Shown piece after piece: positions 1-10,102 of a stretch of DNA of 50,393 nt (within the stretch, counting starts at the first letter, position 1; each line of letters begins with the position of its first letter). The stretch comes from a virus. Lineage: Duplodnaviria; Caudoviricetes. The notes under the pieces were generated by a model. That model saw only the letters and a list, made by a program, of their open reading frames with translations, was not told the origin of the DNA and searched no databases. Position numbers and translations under genes: made by a program. The stretch spans positions 1 to 50,393 of IMG/VR virus record IMGVR_UViG_3300024283_000062; one strand, 5' to 3'.

Positions 1-7
1 GGGGTGT

Positions 8-133
8 CGACCGATCGCACCCGGGGGCGCCGCTGCTGCCGGAGCAGCAGGCGTGGGCGACACCCCGCCATACATCTGCTGCGTGGTCAGCGGCGTGGGA
101 CCACTGGCGGCAGGTTGGCCCAGGAACCGCTGG
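8..133 (+). repeat. Terminal overlap, copy 1 (identical to 50268-50393)
   Basis: 126-bp exact match CGACCGATCGCACCCGG...CAGGAACCGCTGG at offset 50260. Confidence 0.97.
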
Positions 134-2127
134 AAGAACGGAACAGGCGCTGGCCCTGGCGGGGTCCCGGGCGCAGGCGGTCCACCGCCGCTGCCAAAGA
201 TCTCGCTCGTCGAGCGATAAGCCGGTCCTGGCGCTGGTTGGTTCGCAACCGGCGCGCCCTGAGACGGGGCTTGTGGTCCCGGCGCGGTTTGCGACCCGAC
301 CCGCGGCCCTGGCTCCAGGTTGAACGCGGTGGGCGCCCCCGGGTCGTTCGGGTTGCCCTCGCCCTTGAGACCCACCCAGAGATGCGGGGTTGTGGTGCCC
401 TTGCCGTCATAGCTGGGTGACACAGACAACCGTGGATCGGTCACCCTGCCCCCGGCCGTTGAGACGACACCGCCTGCGTTCCGTAGTGCGTCAACCTGGG
501 TGGCTGACGGCAGATCGCCGCTCTGCTGGAGAGCCTGCACCGCCATGCGATGCGCGGCGCCCGGATCGCCACGAGCCGCTGTCATGAACCGTGTCTGCAA
601 TGCCTGGATCTTGGCTTGCGCCGCGGGAGAGAACACCACCGGGGCGGTGACATAGCCCGGACTGGTCAGACTGCCTTTTTGCGGCTGCGGGTAGATCTCC
701 TGATCGATGCCATGCTGCTGGGCGTTCTGCTGGAAGCTCTCGTTGGCCGTCATCGGCGTCTTCGGCGCCATCGTGCCGTAGGGTATCCAACCCTTCGCCG
801 CCGCGTCGTCAGTCCTCATGGTCCTGGCGTGGGTCGGGTCAGGATCTTGCGGATCAACAAACGTGCCATAAGCACCGCCGTGGGTTTCTTTGATGTCCGC
901 AGTCCCCGACTGGTAAGACGTTGGCTGATTGGGTCCTGGCGTGACTGCCGCGGACAACGTCGTGTTGACGGGACCATTCGGGCCGTTCACCACAACCGGG
1001 CCACCGCGCTGCGTGGCAATACCCTGGTTCCACTCCTGCATCCCAGGTTTCAGATCCATCCGCCGCACCGGAATAGGCGGTCCGTTCGGGTCAGCCGGGT
1101 TGACCGTCTGGACGATCGCCTCGTTGAACTGCCGTGCGTTCTCGCCGGTGACCATGCCCTGCTTTTTCAGCTCAGTCGCGTTGGTCATCCCGGTGGTGGT
1201 GATCTGGGTCCGGCTGGCAGTGTCCTGATTGATGATCGATGGCTCGGCCGCGCCCATCATGTGATGGTAGGTGTTCTCGTCGATCCTGCCGGTGTCATAG
1301 GCACTGCTGATCATGGACCGCCATTCCAGCAGGGCCTGGTTGGCCTCATGACCCGCACCGACAGCCAGCGCCACATACTGCGCCGCCGTGATCATCGGCT
1401 TGGCCGGCGAGCCATCGGCGTTGGCGGGACCAGAGGTCTTACGGCCGCCACCCGGAGGCGTAATGCTGCCCGGGTGGAAGATGCCGGAGGTCGTGTCGTT
1501 GTTCGGCACGCTGCCGTCCGATGCGGTGGCGTTGGACGCCGGGGGCGCACCCGCGCCCGGAGCCGGTGAAGACGTAGGCGGCGGCGTGCCCTGGTCCAAC
1601 CGCATGGTGCCGCCGCCTGCGGGAGCCACCGCGCCGCCGCCCTGGGCGAACAGGCTGCTCAGACCCCCGGGGGCCATGTTGGCCCCGACCTGACCCGCCA
1701 CGATCGGGGCGGGTGCCGCGGGGGGTGCCGCGGGTGCCGGCGCGGGCGCGGGACCACCGCCACCTGCACCTGCCGCGACCGTCGTGCCGAGAGACGGCGG
1801 TGCCGCAGCTGGCGGTGCTTGCGCGGGCACATAGGACCCCGGCGGCTGCATGATGGGCGGCATGTTCGGGCCTTCCGGCGACGGCGCGTAGCTCGTCACC
1901 GGCTGCGTCAGGGTCGTTGCCGCCTGGTCCAGTCCCTGCTGGTGCGCCATCTGGTTGCGGACCTGAGAGGACTGCAGCTGCTTGTATCGCTGCTCGGCGC
2001 CATAATAGCCCGCCTGGGCGACCCGCGACGGGTCCGGAAACAGACCGCCGAAGATCGACCCGAGGCCCTGGTCCCACGCCGCATTGCCGGTGTTGATCGA
2101 GGGACCGCCGCTGGTGGATGTGGGCAT
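8..2127 (-). CDS. Putative internal virion (ejection) protein, 5' part; continues across the junction to the stop at 50147 (~746 aa total)
   Basis: ATG at 2127 (MPTSTSGGPSINTGNAAWDQGLGSIFGG...). The ORF track lists no stop-terminated ORF in this frame, and the frame matches 50147..50335 across the overlap. Pro/Ala/Gln-rich, and lies between ejection proteins and the transglycosylase. Confidence 0.8.
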
Positions 2128-2162
2128 GTTAGATCACCTTGTTGTCGGCCACGGTCGGCACG

Positions 2163-3191
2163 TCAGGCGCCCCCTGGCAGCAGGCCCTTGCCGTAGCCCC
2201 CGAAATAGCCCGCACCGTAGAGACCCAGGTTGCCGATCCCCGAGACGATGCCGCCCAGGCTCTGCCGGTAGGCGGCATCCTGCTTTTCCTGCGCCGCCTT
2301 GTTCGCCGCCAGGGTGTTGGCGTCGCTCTGCCCCAGGTTGGCGATGTCGATGGCGTTGCCGTAGCTCAACCCGGCGGCATCCAGGGCGTTCTGGCCGCGG
2401 GAGGCGATCAGGTCCAGCTGGGTCTGCCCCTCGCCCGTGGCGGCTTGGTAGGCCACCTGGGAGGGCAGCAGACGGGTGTTGCTGCCGGTCCGCAGCAGGT
2501 ATTCCGCGGTCTGCGCCGGCATGATGCCAGTCTTGTTGTCCGCAATCGCCAGGTTGACGTCCTGGACGGGCGCGTCATAGGCGCTAAGTTTGCCAATCTT
2601 GGCGCCATAGTCCCGGATGTTGGTGGCGGCTTCGGCGGTGCGTCGGGCCGAGGCGGCCCGACTGACCGCGTCGTTGGCCACCGCATTGGTCCCACCGGAC
2701 GGGTCAGTCGCTTCGGGACCAGCCGGAGCGGCCGGCATGTTGGCCGCCAGCAGGCTCGCCGCCTGGTCCCGCCGCTGCTGCTCGCTCGTCGCCAGGGCCT
2801 GCGCATTGGTCCGCTGCAACAGATCCTGCGCCGCCTTGTCCCCGGTCTGGCGCAGCCGGTCCGCCTGGGTGTTCTCAGTGTCCAGCACGTCCTGGTAGGA
2901 TTTCAGCGCCCCCATCTGGGCCTGGCCGGTCTGCCGGGCGGCAGCCTGCTGGTCCTGGAAGGTCTGCTCCATCGCCGCGGTCTGGCCGGCGGTCTGCGCC
3001 AGACTGGCTTGCATGCGCTGGTTGAACGCCTGCTGCTGCGCCTGCGAGGTGGCCAGGTTTTGCTGACTGATCGCGTTGGCCGCCTGCTTCTGGGCGTTGG
3101 ACGACTGCACCGCACCATAGACCGATGCGCCCGCGCCGAGAGCCGCTGCACCCAGGCTAATGGCGGTGCCTACTGAAATCGGCTCACACAT
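2163..3191 (-). CDS. Putative internal virion/ejection protein
   Basis: 342 aa. MCEPIS N-terminus followed by a Gly/Ala hydrophobic stretch and Q/A-rich helical body, as in podovirus ejection proteins. Synteny fits. Confidence 0.7.
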   Translation of the reverse strand: MCEPISVGTAISLGAAALGAGASVYGAVQSSNAQKQAANAISQQNLATSQAQQQAFNQRMQASLAQTAGQTAAMEQTFQDQQAAARQTGQAQMGALKSYQDVLDTENTQADRLRQTGDKAAQDLLQRTNAQALATSEQQRRDQAASLLAANMPAAPAGPEATDPSGGTNAVANDAVSRAASARRTAEAATNIRDYGAKIGKLSAYDAPVQDVNLAIADNKTGIMPAQTAEYLLRTGSNTRLLPSQVAYQAATGEGQTQLDLIASRGQNALDAAGLSYGNAIDIANLGQSDANTLAANKAAQEKQDAAYRQSLGGIVSGIGNLGLYGAGYFGGYGKGLLPGGA

Positions 3192-3203
3192 GGCTTGGCC
3201 CCT

Positions 3204-4154
3204 TCATCCTGTGCTGCCTTTGTTTGGGTTGGTCCCGCCGAGACCACCACCACCCCCCGCGTTCCGCTGGTAAGCCCCCAGCGCGATATTGTTCTGCAGC
3301 CCGCCCAGATAGCTCCCGGCGCTGCCCAGCACGTTGGCGAAGATGTTGGACAACGGCGACACCGTGGGCACGCCCTGCAGCGATGACGTGACATCGCCGG
3401 CGTGGCTGGTGACGCCCGAGATCGCCGACCGTTGGGTGTTCAGCGCCGCGTTGACGGCCTGTTCGGATGACCCGGCGATCGGCGAACCGATGCTCTCCGA
3501 GGCGGTAACCTGGCCCAGCAGGTTCTGCTTGGCGGCAGCGACGTTGCCCTTCAGCGTGTTCTCGGCGCCCTGGGCGTTGGCGGTCTGCAGCGCGGTGGCG
3601 CGGCCGGCGCTTTCATCGATCAGGCCCTGCTGGTTGACCCCGGCCTGGCTGGAGGAAATACCCTGCCGCGCCAGTTGAAACCCCAGGTTCTTCTCGGCGA
3701 TATTGCGCTGATAGGTAATGTCGTCCTGCGCCTTGGACATATAATCCTTGGCGTACTGGTTGAAGTAATCCGGGCTGAACTTGCTGAACGCGTCGTTAAT
3801 CTGTTTGGTGCCCTCGCCCAGCAGGGTGGCGCGCCCGGTATCGTACGCGCTCTGCCGGGTGGCCTGGTCCTGGGCCTGCTTGATCTGCTGGTCGTATTGG
3901 GCCTTTTGCTGATCCGCCTGCTGCTGGTTGAACGCCTGCTGCTGATCGGCGATCTTCTGCTGCGCCGCGATCTGCTTGTCGCTCAGATCCTGGCTGGCCA
4001 TGGTCTGATAGGCCGCCGTCGTGGTGGCGCCCCGATCGACATACTCCTGCGGCACGCCCGCATCAGTCGTTATCCACTGACCCGTGCTGTTGTTGAACAT
4101 GAACTGCTTGGGCGTGCTGGCACTGCCGCCGCCGCCACCGCCGCCTATGCACAA
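3204..4154 (-). CDS. Putative internal virion/ejection protein
   Basis: Likely TTG start at 4154 after GGAGGG (MCIGGGGGG...). Q/A-rich coiled coil. Confidence 0.65.
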   Translation of the reverse strand: MCIGGGGGGGSASTPKQFMFNNSTGQWITTDAGVPQEYVDRGATTTAAYQTMASQDLSDKQIAAQQKIADQQQAFNQQQADQQKAQYDQQIKQAQDQATRQSAYDTGRATLLGEGTKQINDAFSKFSPDYFNQYAKDYMSKAQDDITYQRNIAEKNLGFQLARQGISSSQAGVNQQGLIDESAGRATALQTANAQGAENTLKGNVAAAKQNLLGQVTASESIGSPIAGSSEQAVNAALNTQRSAISGVTSHAGDVTSSLQGVPTVSPLSNIFANVLGSAGSYLGGLQNNIALGAYQRNAGGGGGLGGTNPNKGSTG

Positions 4155-4681
4155 TGCCTTACCCTCCGGCCAGTGGGCTGGGTCAGATCCCAGGTGTAGA
4201 GCAGGAAGTCCTCGCGATTGCGGCCGTAGCCCTGCAGCAGGGCCTCGACCTCGCCGCCGATCAACTCGATGAACGCCCGGCCATCGGTGTTCGTCGCCAG
4301 CGCGTAGGCTTCCGCGCGGTGGTAGTTCGATCGCTGCAGCGCGGGAATGATGAAATTGCGCGCCCAATGCACGATCGGGCGCAGTGCCTTGCGGTAGTTG
4401 TCGGTGCCGAACGCACCGCAGATCACCACGCCGGGGCGCACCGGGACCACGCCGCTGACCGCGACCGGCTCGCTGTCCCAGGACCACACCCGCCACAACG
4501 GTCCCGCATTGTGGGTCACGTTGTCGATCAGCGCGTCCTCGTCGTCGTCCCAGCGCAGCGCGAAGATCTCACGCCGGTCACGGTCGCGCAGGTTGCGCAC
4601 GATATAGGTGATGCCCTCGCGCGTGGCCGCGTGCATGCGGATCATGTGATCCTGCTCGGGTCCGAGGATCGTGACGCTCAC
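4145..4681 (-). CDS. GNAT-fold acetyltransferase-like virion assembly protein (T7 gp13-like position)
   Basis: GTGA overlap with the tail tubular B stop. NLRDRDRREI motif and a GNAT-like C-terminal pattern, directly after tail tubular B. Confidence 0.6.
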   Translation of the reverse strand: MSVTILGPEQDHMIRMHAATREGITYIVRNLRDRDRREIFALRWDDDEDALIDNVTHNAGPLWRVWSWDSEPVAVSGVVPVRPGVVICGAFGTDNYRKALRPIVHWARNFIIPALQRSNYHRAEAYALATNTDGRAFIELIGGEVEALLQGYGRNREDFLLYTWDLTQPTGRRVRHCA

Positions 4682-6099
4682 TTGGTGACCCCTTCCTGCA
4701 GGTTCAGATGCACCGCCGAAAGGGTCGCCGGCCCCGGCGCCTGGTGCGTCATGTGCAGCCCGAAATGCGTGCCGTAGCCGGCAAAGGGTATGCTCATCAG
4801 CCCGTAAGTGTTGTCCTGCACCGTGGCGCACAGCTCGAACGCTTCAGTGTTGTTGGGCAGCATGCCGATGCTGATCGACCACTGGCCCTGGCACATCACG
4901 TCCATGCTCTTGATCCGCTTGTTCTCGGTCGGGCTGTCGGCGCTCATGTGCGGCGTGCGGACGGTGACAGACGTGCTGTCATATTCGTTGCCCGCGACGC
5001 CGCCGTAGAGGTAGATATTGCCGTTGCTGTCATGCACGAACAGCCGGTTGCTGACCAACGCGAAGTTCTTCACCAGAAAACCGGGGTCGAACGTGGACCA
5101 GGCGGTAATACTGCCCGCGGGGAAATAAGACAGCACATAGATCGTACTCTCATACGACAGCCAGTAGCGTCCCTGAATTGGCTGCACCACGGCGTCCGAC
5201 CAGCTGAAATATTCAGGGCGCAGGCGAAGCGCCTCGATCAGCAAAGGATCAATCGCCGAACCGACGTCCGACACGCTGGCGGCCAGGTTGACGTAGAGCG
5301 CCTTCAGGCTGCGCACACCGCTGTCGGACAAAAACAGAACGTCGCCGGTGCCGAACTGGACCATCGAACGCGGCGCGGCACAGCCAGTGCGTAGCAGTTG
5401 TGCCAGCGTGTCGTTGCTCGGATCGGGATCGAGCGTCCACAGCTGGGTCTGCAACCGCGCGGCCACCGCCATCTGGTTGTAATAGACTTCCATGGCGACC
5501 AAACTCTCGGCGTCCGGGTCGTTAAGAGCCAGGTTGATGAAGCCGGCGCCTGGCTCGGTGACCGAAGCAGGATCGTTCTGCGCCGGGTTGTTCACGCCGG
5601 AAAAACGCAGATACTGCCCGTCAATCCGATACATCTTGGACTTCCAGGTGCGGGCATACTGACCGCTGCTCAGGCTGCCGTCCGCCTCATGCACCAGCAC
5701 ATCGTTATACCAGCAATACCAGCGCGTGGCGCCGTAGCCGCAGACATAGAACGAGGTGCCGAACGCCTGCACATCCGAAAGCCAGTTGATCGTTTCCCCC
5801 GGATCTTCCAGATAATGCCCCACGATTGGCACCGGCAGTGAACCTCCCGGGATCGCAGGGGCGCTGCCGATACAGAACGCGTGCAGGCTGCCGGCCTGGC
5901 CGATCAGATACATCCAGCCGGCCGGCATCGTGGTCATCAGCACGAAGGCTTTGCGCTTCTCGATCTCGCCGCCGTTGTTGATCACCGCGTTTTCCAGGAT
6001 GCGCAGCGAGCCACCGGGCGCAGTCAACGGCGTCTTGCGGACGTCAAGGCCCTCCTTGAAGTCCGTGATCGAAAAGACCTTGTTGCCGCTCCCCGCCAT
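4678..6099 (-). CDS. Tail tubular protein B / DNA stabilisation (nozzle) protein
   Basis: 473 aa, beta-rich. N-terminal DFKEGLD...LENAVINNGGEIEKR pattern, and position after tubular A. Confidence 0.7.
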   Translation of the reverse strand: MAGSGNKVFSITDFKEGLDVRKTPLTAPGGSLRILENAVINNGGEIEKRKAFVLMTTMPAGWMYLIGQAGSLHAFCIGSAPAIPGGSLPVPIVGHYLEDPGETINWLSDVQAFGTSFYVCGYGATRWYCWYNDVLVHEADGSLSSGQYARTWKSKMYRIDGQYLRFSGVNNPAQNDPASVTEPGAGFINLALNDPDAESLVAMEVYYNQMAVAARLQTQLWTLDPDPSNDTLAQLLRTGCAAPRSMVQFGTGDVLFLSDSGVRSLKALYVNLAASVSDVGSAIDPLLIEALRLRPEYFSWSDAVVQPIQGRYWLSYESTIYVLSYFPAGSITAWSTFDPGFLVKNFALVSNRLFVHDSNGNIYLYGGVAGNEYDSTSVTVRTPHMSADSPTENKRIKSMDVMCQGQWSISIGMLPNNTEAFELCATVQDNTYGLMSIPFAGYGTHFGLHMTHQAPGPATLSAVHLNLQEGVTK

Positions 6100-6849
6100 T
6101 TAATGTGGTCCGGGACCAGAGCCATAGCCTGGCGGGACGTAGTCCAGGCCCAGCACCGGCTGGTGCCCTGGCCGCGACTGGGCGTCACCACCGCCGCCAC
6201 CGATCACGATCGGGCGCACCTTCTTGTGGCTGAACTGCCGCACGCGATGGCGCCGCATCGCCTCGTTCGCCTTGTTGAGCTTGAGGGTGGCGTCCTTGGC
6301 GCCGTCGCGCTGCAGGATCTCGACCGCAGAGAACAGCACGATCAGGTTATCCGGCAGCGTGCTGACGTCGTCGTCGTTGATCATCTTGGTGACGGTCTTA
6401 GTCCCGCGCACCCGGATGATGGCGTTGGCGTTGATGGCGCTGGCGTCGGGGACCGGCCACAGCTCGATCATGTTGCTGTCGGCGTTGTGCATCCACTTGC
6501 GGGTGGGCCACGCCTTGAACCCGGTGTCCGAGTTCCACAGCACCATCTCGTAGGGACCAATGCCGTAGGCCAGCTCGTTGTAGACCGTGTTGATCAGCAC
6601 CCAGATGTTGGTGATGTCGTCGAACGCCAGATCTGACGGATAGGCATAGTAGCGCCCGCCGTCGACCAGCTTGATGTCGCGATCAATGATCAGCTGCGGC
6701 CAGTCATAGTCCTGATACAGCTGGATCTGCGTGCGATTGAGATAATACAGCAGCGTGTCGCGATCGTTGATGCCGTGCGCGACATTGGTCGAGTGACCGA
6801 TCTCCGCGCGAAGGTCGGTCAGCATGTCGCGCAGCTGTTTAGGCGCCAC
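6100..6849 (-). CDS. Tail tubular protein A / head-tail adaptor
   Basis: 249 aa with YLNRTQ..L...YDWP and IELWPVP adaptor-type motifs. Synteny fits. Confidence 0.7.
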   Translation of the reverse strand: MAPKQLRDMLTDLRAEIGHSTNVAHGINDRDTLLYYLNRTQIQLYQDYDWPQLIIDRDIKLVDGGRYYAYPSDLAFDDITNIWVLINTVYNELAYGIGPYEMVLWNSDTGFKAWPTRKWMHNADSNMIELWPVPDASAINANAIIRVRGTKTVTKMINDDDVSTLPDNLIVLFSAVEILQRDGAKDATLKLNKANEAMRRHRVRQFSHKKVRPIVIGGGGGDAQSRPGHQPVLGLDYVPPGYGSGPGPH

Positions 6850-7513
6850 GAGCCGCTCGGTTCGCCAGCGCCGCGCCGCCTCCCGACTTCGGCTTGAAGT
6901 TGGGAGGATGACTGCCGCCGGCGTTCACGTCCGGCAGCTGATCCAATGGTCCCGCGCGCGACACGCCGCGGCCGCTGGTGTCGCGCACGATGTGCGCCAG
7001 ATCCTCCGGGCGTGGCCGCACGGGTCCATCCAGGCCCAGCTCGATGGCGTCTTCATCGTCCTGCGCATGCGCCGCAATTTCCTCTGGCGTGGGTTCGCTC
7101 TCCGGCGGCAGCGCGGGCGCCTCCAGCACAGGCATGTCGGCGGTCTGGGTGAACTGGTTCAACGGACGCAGCTTCGGGTCAGGACTGGCCGGGCGGGTCG
7201 GCTGCGGCTTGTAGATCGGCAGCGTGCAGCGCGGGATCGACGCATCCCCTGTCGGCAGCCGCGGGCGGTTGCCGGGGAACACGTCCTTGATCGTCTCCGG
7301 CTGATACAGCGTCTGCAGCCGGGTCAGCACCTCGTCGTTGCTGGCCTCCCAGGTGCCGACAACGAAGATGTCGGTGATCGCCTCTTCGCCGTGGATGAGT
7401 TGCAGGATCGGCAGTTCCGGGAACACGATCGGCTGGTCCCGGTGACGATAGACCTGGTTGCCCTGGTCCCCGCCGAGGGCGACCATGCAACGCAACAACT
7501 GGAACGCGGGCAT
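6839..7513 (-). CDS. Hypothetical phage protein downstream of the capsid gene
   Basis: 224 aa, GGGAG RBS, in the late operon. Confidence 0.7.
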   Translation of the reverse strand: MPAFQLLRCMVALGGDQGNQVYRHRDQPIVFPELPILQLIHGEEAITDIFVVGTWEASNDEVLTRLQTLYQPETIKDVFPGNRPRLPTGDASIPRCTLPIYKPQPTRPASPDPKLRPLNQFTQTADMPVLEAPALPPESEPTPEEIAAHAQDDEDAIELGLDGPVRPRPEDLAHIVRDTSGRGVSRAGPLDQLPDVNAGGSHPPNFKPKSGGGAALANRAARGA

Positions 7514-7531
7514 CAGGTAAAACTCCCTGTC

Positions 7532-7547
7532 GGTTTCACGTGAAACA
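7532..7547. promoter_or_regulatory. parS: parS-like ParB binding site GGTTTCACGTGAAACA
   Basis: 15/16 match to the chromosomal parS consensus TGTTTCACGTGAAACA. Perfect 14-bp palindrome at 7533-7546, intergenic. Confidence 0.75.
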
Positions 7548-7590
7548 AACGCGGGACCGGTCCCGCCAAGGGATTAAAACCGGTCCCGCG
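7541..7590 (-). terminator. Rho-independent terminator after the major capsid gene
   Basis: CGCGGGACCGGT...ACCGGTCCCGCG stem followed on the minus strand by TTTGTTTC. Confidence 0.65.
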
Positions 7591-7604
7591 CATGCACTGG
7601 GTCG

Positions 7605-8684
7605 TTAAGCGATGTCCACCACCAGTGCAGAGTTGACCTGCTGCGCCACCATCTGCCCGGTGTGCGTCATCGATTTATACATAACGAACTGGTTGTAGGG
7701 TCTGGCCGGCGTGAACTTGTGGTCCCACTCGCCGTCCTGCTTCATCAGGTAGATGTGCCGCGGGTCCCACCAGTAGGCGCGCTTGGTCTTGCCGAGATCG
7801 TCCAGCGTCGGGTCGTATTCGATGGTGCAGCCCATGAACTTCAGCGATCCCATGCTGCCGTCCTGGGTGCCAGTGAAACCGGTCATCGAATAGTTGCCGT
7901 TGGCCCGCATCTCGATTTCCATCGCCGAGATGAACGCGCTGCCGGCGAGGAACTTCGTCGGCCGGCCGCCGTAGCGGATCAGCTGGCGATATTCCTGTTG
8001 CAGGAACTGCAGCAAGGCGCCGCCGTTGGTGGTCGCCGAGGTCACCGCACCGCGCCCGCCGGCGGTGCCGAACGCCGCCGTGGCCGCGCGGTTCTGCCAC
8101 CAGGTGTTGGTGCGTGCCAGACCGCCCAGCGTGCCAGTGTTGGGCACGTCGACGATGATCGCCTGCATGCCGGCCAGGGCCTTGGCGTCGCCCGTGCCAT
8201 CGCCCCACATGAGGGCGTTCATGCTGCGGGCATACTGCTCGCCGAAATCCTCCAGCTTATCCTGCAGCAGGTTCACCAGCACCGTGACGTCACGGTCCGA
8301 GTGATTGCTCAGCGAGCTGCCGTCACCGGCGTCGTCGGTGACGCTGATGCCGTCGATCTTGAGTTCCGTGTGGGTCAGCGTGAGGCCCATGTGATGCTCA
8401 CGCCACGGGTAGTTCACCCGCTTGATATTCGCCGGCGTGTAGAAATTCACCGTGTCGTTGTGAGTGTAGCCGACGACATGGTCGTTGGTCCCACCGGCAC
8501 CGTAGTCGCCCTTCACCGCGAGCGAGATATTGCCCTTGCCGCCGGGGAAGGATTTGGCACTGCTCTCCAGCAACCGCAGTAACGGCTTCGCCTGGATCGA
8601 CTGTTTGAAGGTGTCTCCCTTGTTATAGTAAAAATCCAACGCCGCATTGGCGATGTTGGTGATTTCTCCTGCCGTGAAGGCCAT
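7605..8684 (-). CDS. Major capsid protein
   Basis: 359 aa, follows the scaffold gene and precedes a terminator. HK97-fold capsid-like size and composition. Confidence 0.85.
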   Translation of the reverse strand: MAFTAGEITNIANAALDFYYNKGDTFKQSIQAKPLLRLLESSAKSFPGGKGNISLAVKGDYGAGGTNDHVVGYTHNDTVNFYTPANIKRVNYPWREHHMGLTLTHTELKIDGISVTDDAGDGSSLSNHSDRDVTVLVNLLQDKLEDFGEQYARSMNALMWGDGTGDAKALAGMQAIIVDVPNTGTLGGLARTNTWWQNRAATAAFGTAGGRGAVTSATTNGGALLQFLQQEYRQLIRYGGRPTKFLAGSAFISAMEIEMRANGNYSMTGFTGTQDGSMGSLKFMGCTIEYDPTLDDLGKTKRAYWWDPRHIYLMKQDGEWDHKFTPARPYNQFVMYKSMTHTGQMVAQQVNSALVVDIA

Positions 8685-8699
8685 TGGGGTTCATCCGTG

Positions 8700-9839
8700 T
8701 CAGGATGCACGCCGCATGTTTGCCAGCGCCGCGACAACGGCTTCCTTCATGTTGCGCGGTTCGGCGTTCGGCGTGCCCGTTGCGACATGGATGCTGGACG
8801 GAGCGGGCCGCGTCGGCCGCGGCGCGGGACGCGCCTGGGCGAACGTGGCTTTCACCTCGTCATAGGCCGCCTGGACCAGTGCCACCGCCTCTTGTTCTGA
8901 GCGCGGCGAACCGCGTTCCTGCAAAAGACCCTGGGCATAGCGACGCACAGCACCCTGCATGTGGGCGTAGTCAGGATCACGTCGCCGGATGCCTTCTTCC
9001 CACACATCCACCGCAGAGCGGACTTTCTCCACCTGCTGGACCTGTCGGTCAGCCGTAACCGTCTTGTTGACGTCCTGCAGTCTGGCTTCCGCCTGCATGG
9101 CACGATGGCGTGTGCGGGTGAGTTCCCGCGCCGTCGCGTCGTCGATCAGCCCTTCGTCGATCTGTTTCTGCAGATCCGAACTGACACGCAGGCCAAGCGC
9201 CTCCTGGGCGGCCATGACGTAGGGCGTCACGCCATCCAGAAAAGCCTGGTAGTCGCCACGTCGCAGCGATGCCCCGACACCCAGCAGCATGTTGACGTCA
9301 TCCGGCGCCAACTGGTGTTGCTGTAGATACCCCTGTAGCTGCCGGTGTTGTGCGATCTCCGGCTGCAGGCTTTCCAGGGTCTGACGAGCTTCGTTACGCT
9401 GCGATAGCAGGCGCTCGAACCGGCGGCGCGTCTCCGGGCGAAGCTTTTTTAATTCAGCTTCGGTCGGGTCGGCTTCGGTCGGATCGGGCTGAGACGGTTC
9501 GGTCTGGGCACCCGGGGTTTCCCCTGGCTTTCCCGTAGCCGCTGCCTGGTCCCGGGAGGTCTGGTCCTGAGCCTGGTCACCCGCGTCGCTTGCTGAGGGG
9601 ATGACGCCCGGCTCGGGCTTGGTCTCCACGACCTTGCGGACTGCGGCAAGCAGTCCATCACGGTCTGACTGGCGGCTGTCGCCTGACGAGGGCGCTGTGC
9701 TGTCTGTGCCTGACGAGGGCGTCGAACTGTCGGCGGGCGCTGCCGGTGTGCTGGCCGCGCTCGGGGTATCGACGACGCTGGACGAGGGCGTGTCTGAAGG
9801 AGCTGGACCGTCCGAAGGGGTCGAATTGGTCTCTGACAT
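8700..9839 (-). CDS. Capsid scaffolding protein
   Basis: Disordered acidic/Ser-Pro N-terminus plus coiled coil (ETRRRFERLL), directly upstream of the capsid gene. Confidence 0.7.
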   Translation of the reverse strand: MSETNSTPSDGPAPSDTPSSSVVDTPSAASTPAAPADSSTPSSGTDSTAPSSGDSRQSDRDGLLAAVRKVVETKPEPGVIPSASDAGDQAQDQTSRDQAAATGKPGETPGAQTEPSQPDPTEADPTEAELKKLRPETRRRFERLLSQRNEARQTLESLQPEIAQHRQLQGYLQQHQLAPDDVNMLLGVGASLRRGDYQAFLDGVTPYVMAAQEALGLRVSSDLQKQIDEGLIDDATARELTRTRHRAMQAEARLQDVNKTVTADRQVQQVEKVRSAVDVWEEGIRRRDPDYAHMQGAVRRYAQGLLQERGSPRSEQEAVALVQAAYDEVKATFAQARPAPRPTRPAPSSIHVATGTPNAEPRNMKEAVVAALANMRRAS

Positions 9840-9942
9840 CCAGGGGTTTGCCGATCTCGCTGGATCAGCAAAGGGTTATGCCCCTGTGTTGTGTTTGTGT
9901 CCAGCGTTTGTCCTCAAGACACTGACACGACACCTGGCCTGG

Positions 9943-9973
9943 TTGCCAGGACTACGGAAAACCCCGCTATAAC
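9943..9973 (+). promoter_or_regulatory. Putative sigma70-type promoter for the small peptide gene
   Basis: TTGCCA at 9943 and GCTATAAC at 9966, which fits the alphaproteobacterial GCTANAWC -10 type. Spacing is slightly long. Confidence 0.4.
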
Positions 9974-10023
9974 GACAACGCCGGCCAGGACGGGCCTGGC
10001 CGGCGTTTCGGAAGGAGCAAGTG

Positions 10024-10098
10024 ATGGTAGGACATCACAGGTTCCTGCCGCTGATAGTGATCTTGATCAGCGTCAAGATCAAGATCATCCGGCGGTAG
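10024..10098 (+). CDS. 24-aa hydrophobic/cationic peptide MVGHHRFLPLIVILISVKIKIIRR (type I toxin-like)
   Basis: AAGGAG RBS 6-7 nt upstream. Flanked by a 13-bp hairpin (9977-10007) and a downstream hairpin. Below the ORF-track cutoff. Confidence 0.6.
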   Translation: MVGHHRFLPLIVILISVKIKIIRR

Positions 10099-10102
10099 GG
10101 CG

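Noticed and set aside
8-133. Terminal repeat as a biological direct terminal repeat
   Set aside because: It lies mid-CDS and its 126-bp length resembles an assembler k-mer overlap.
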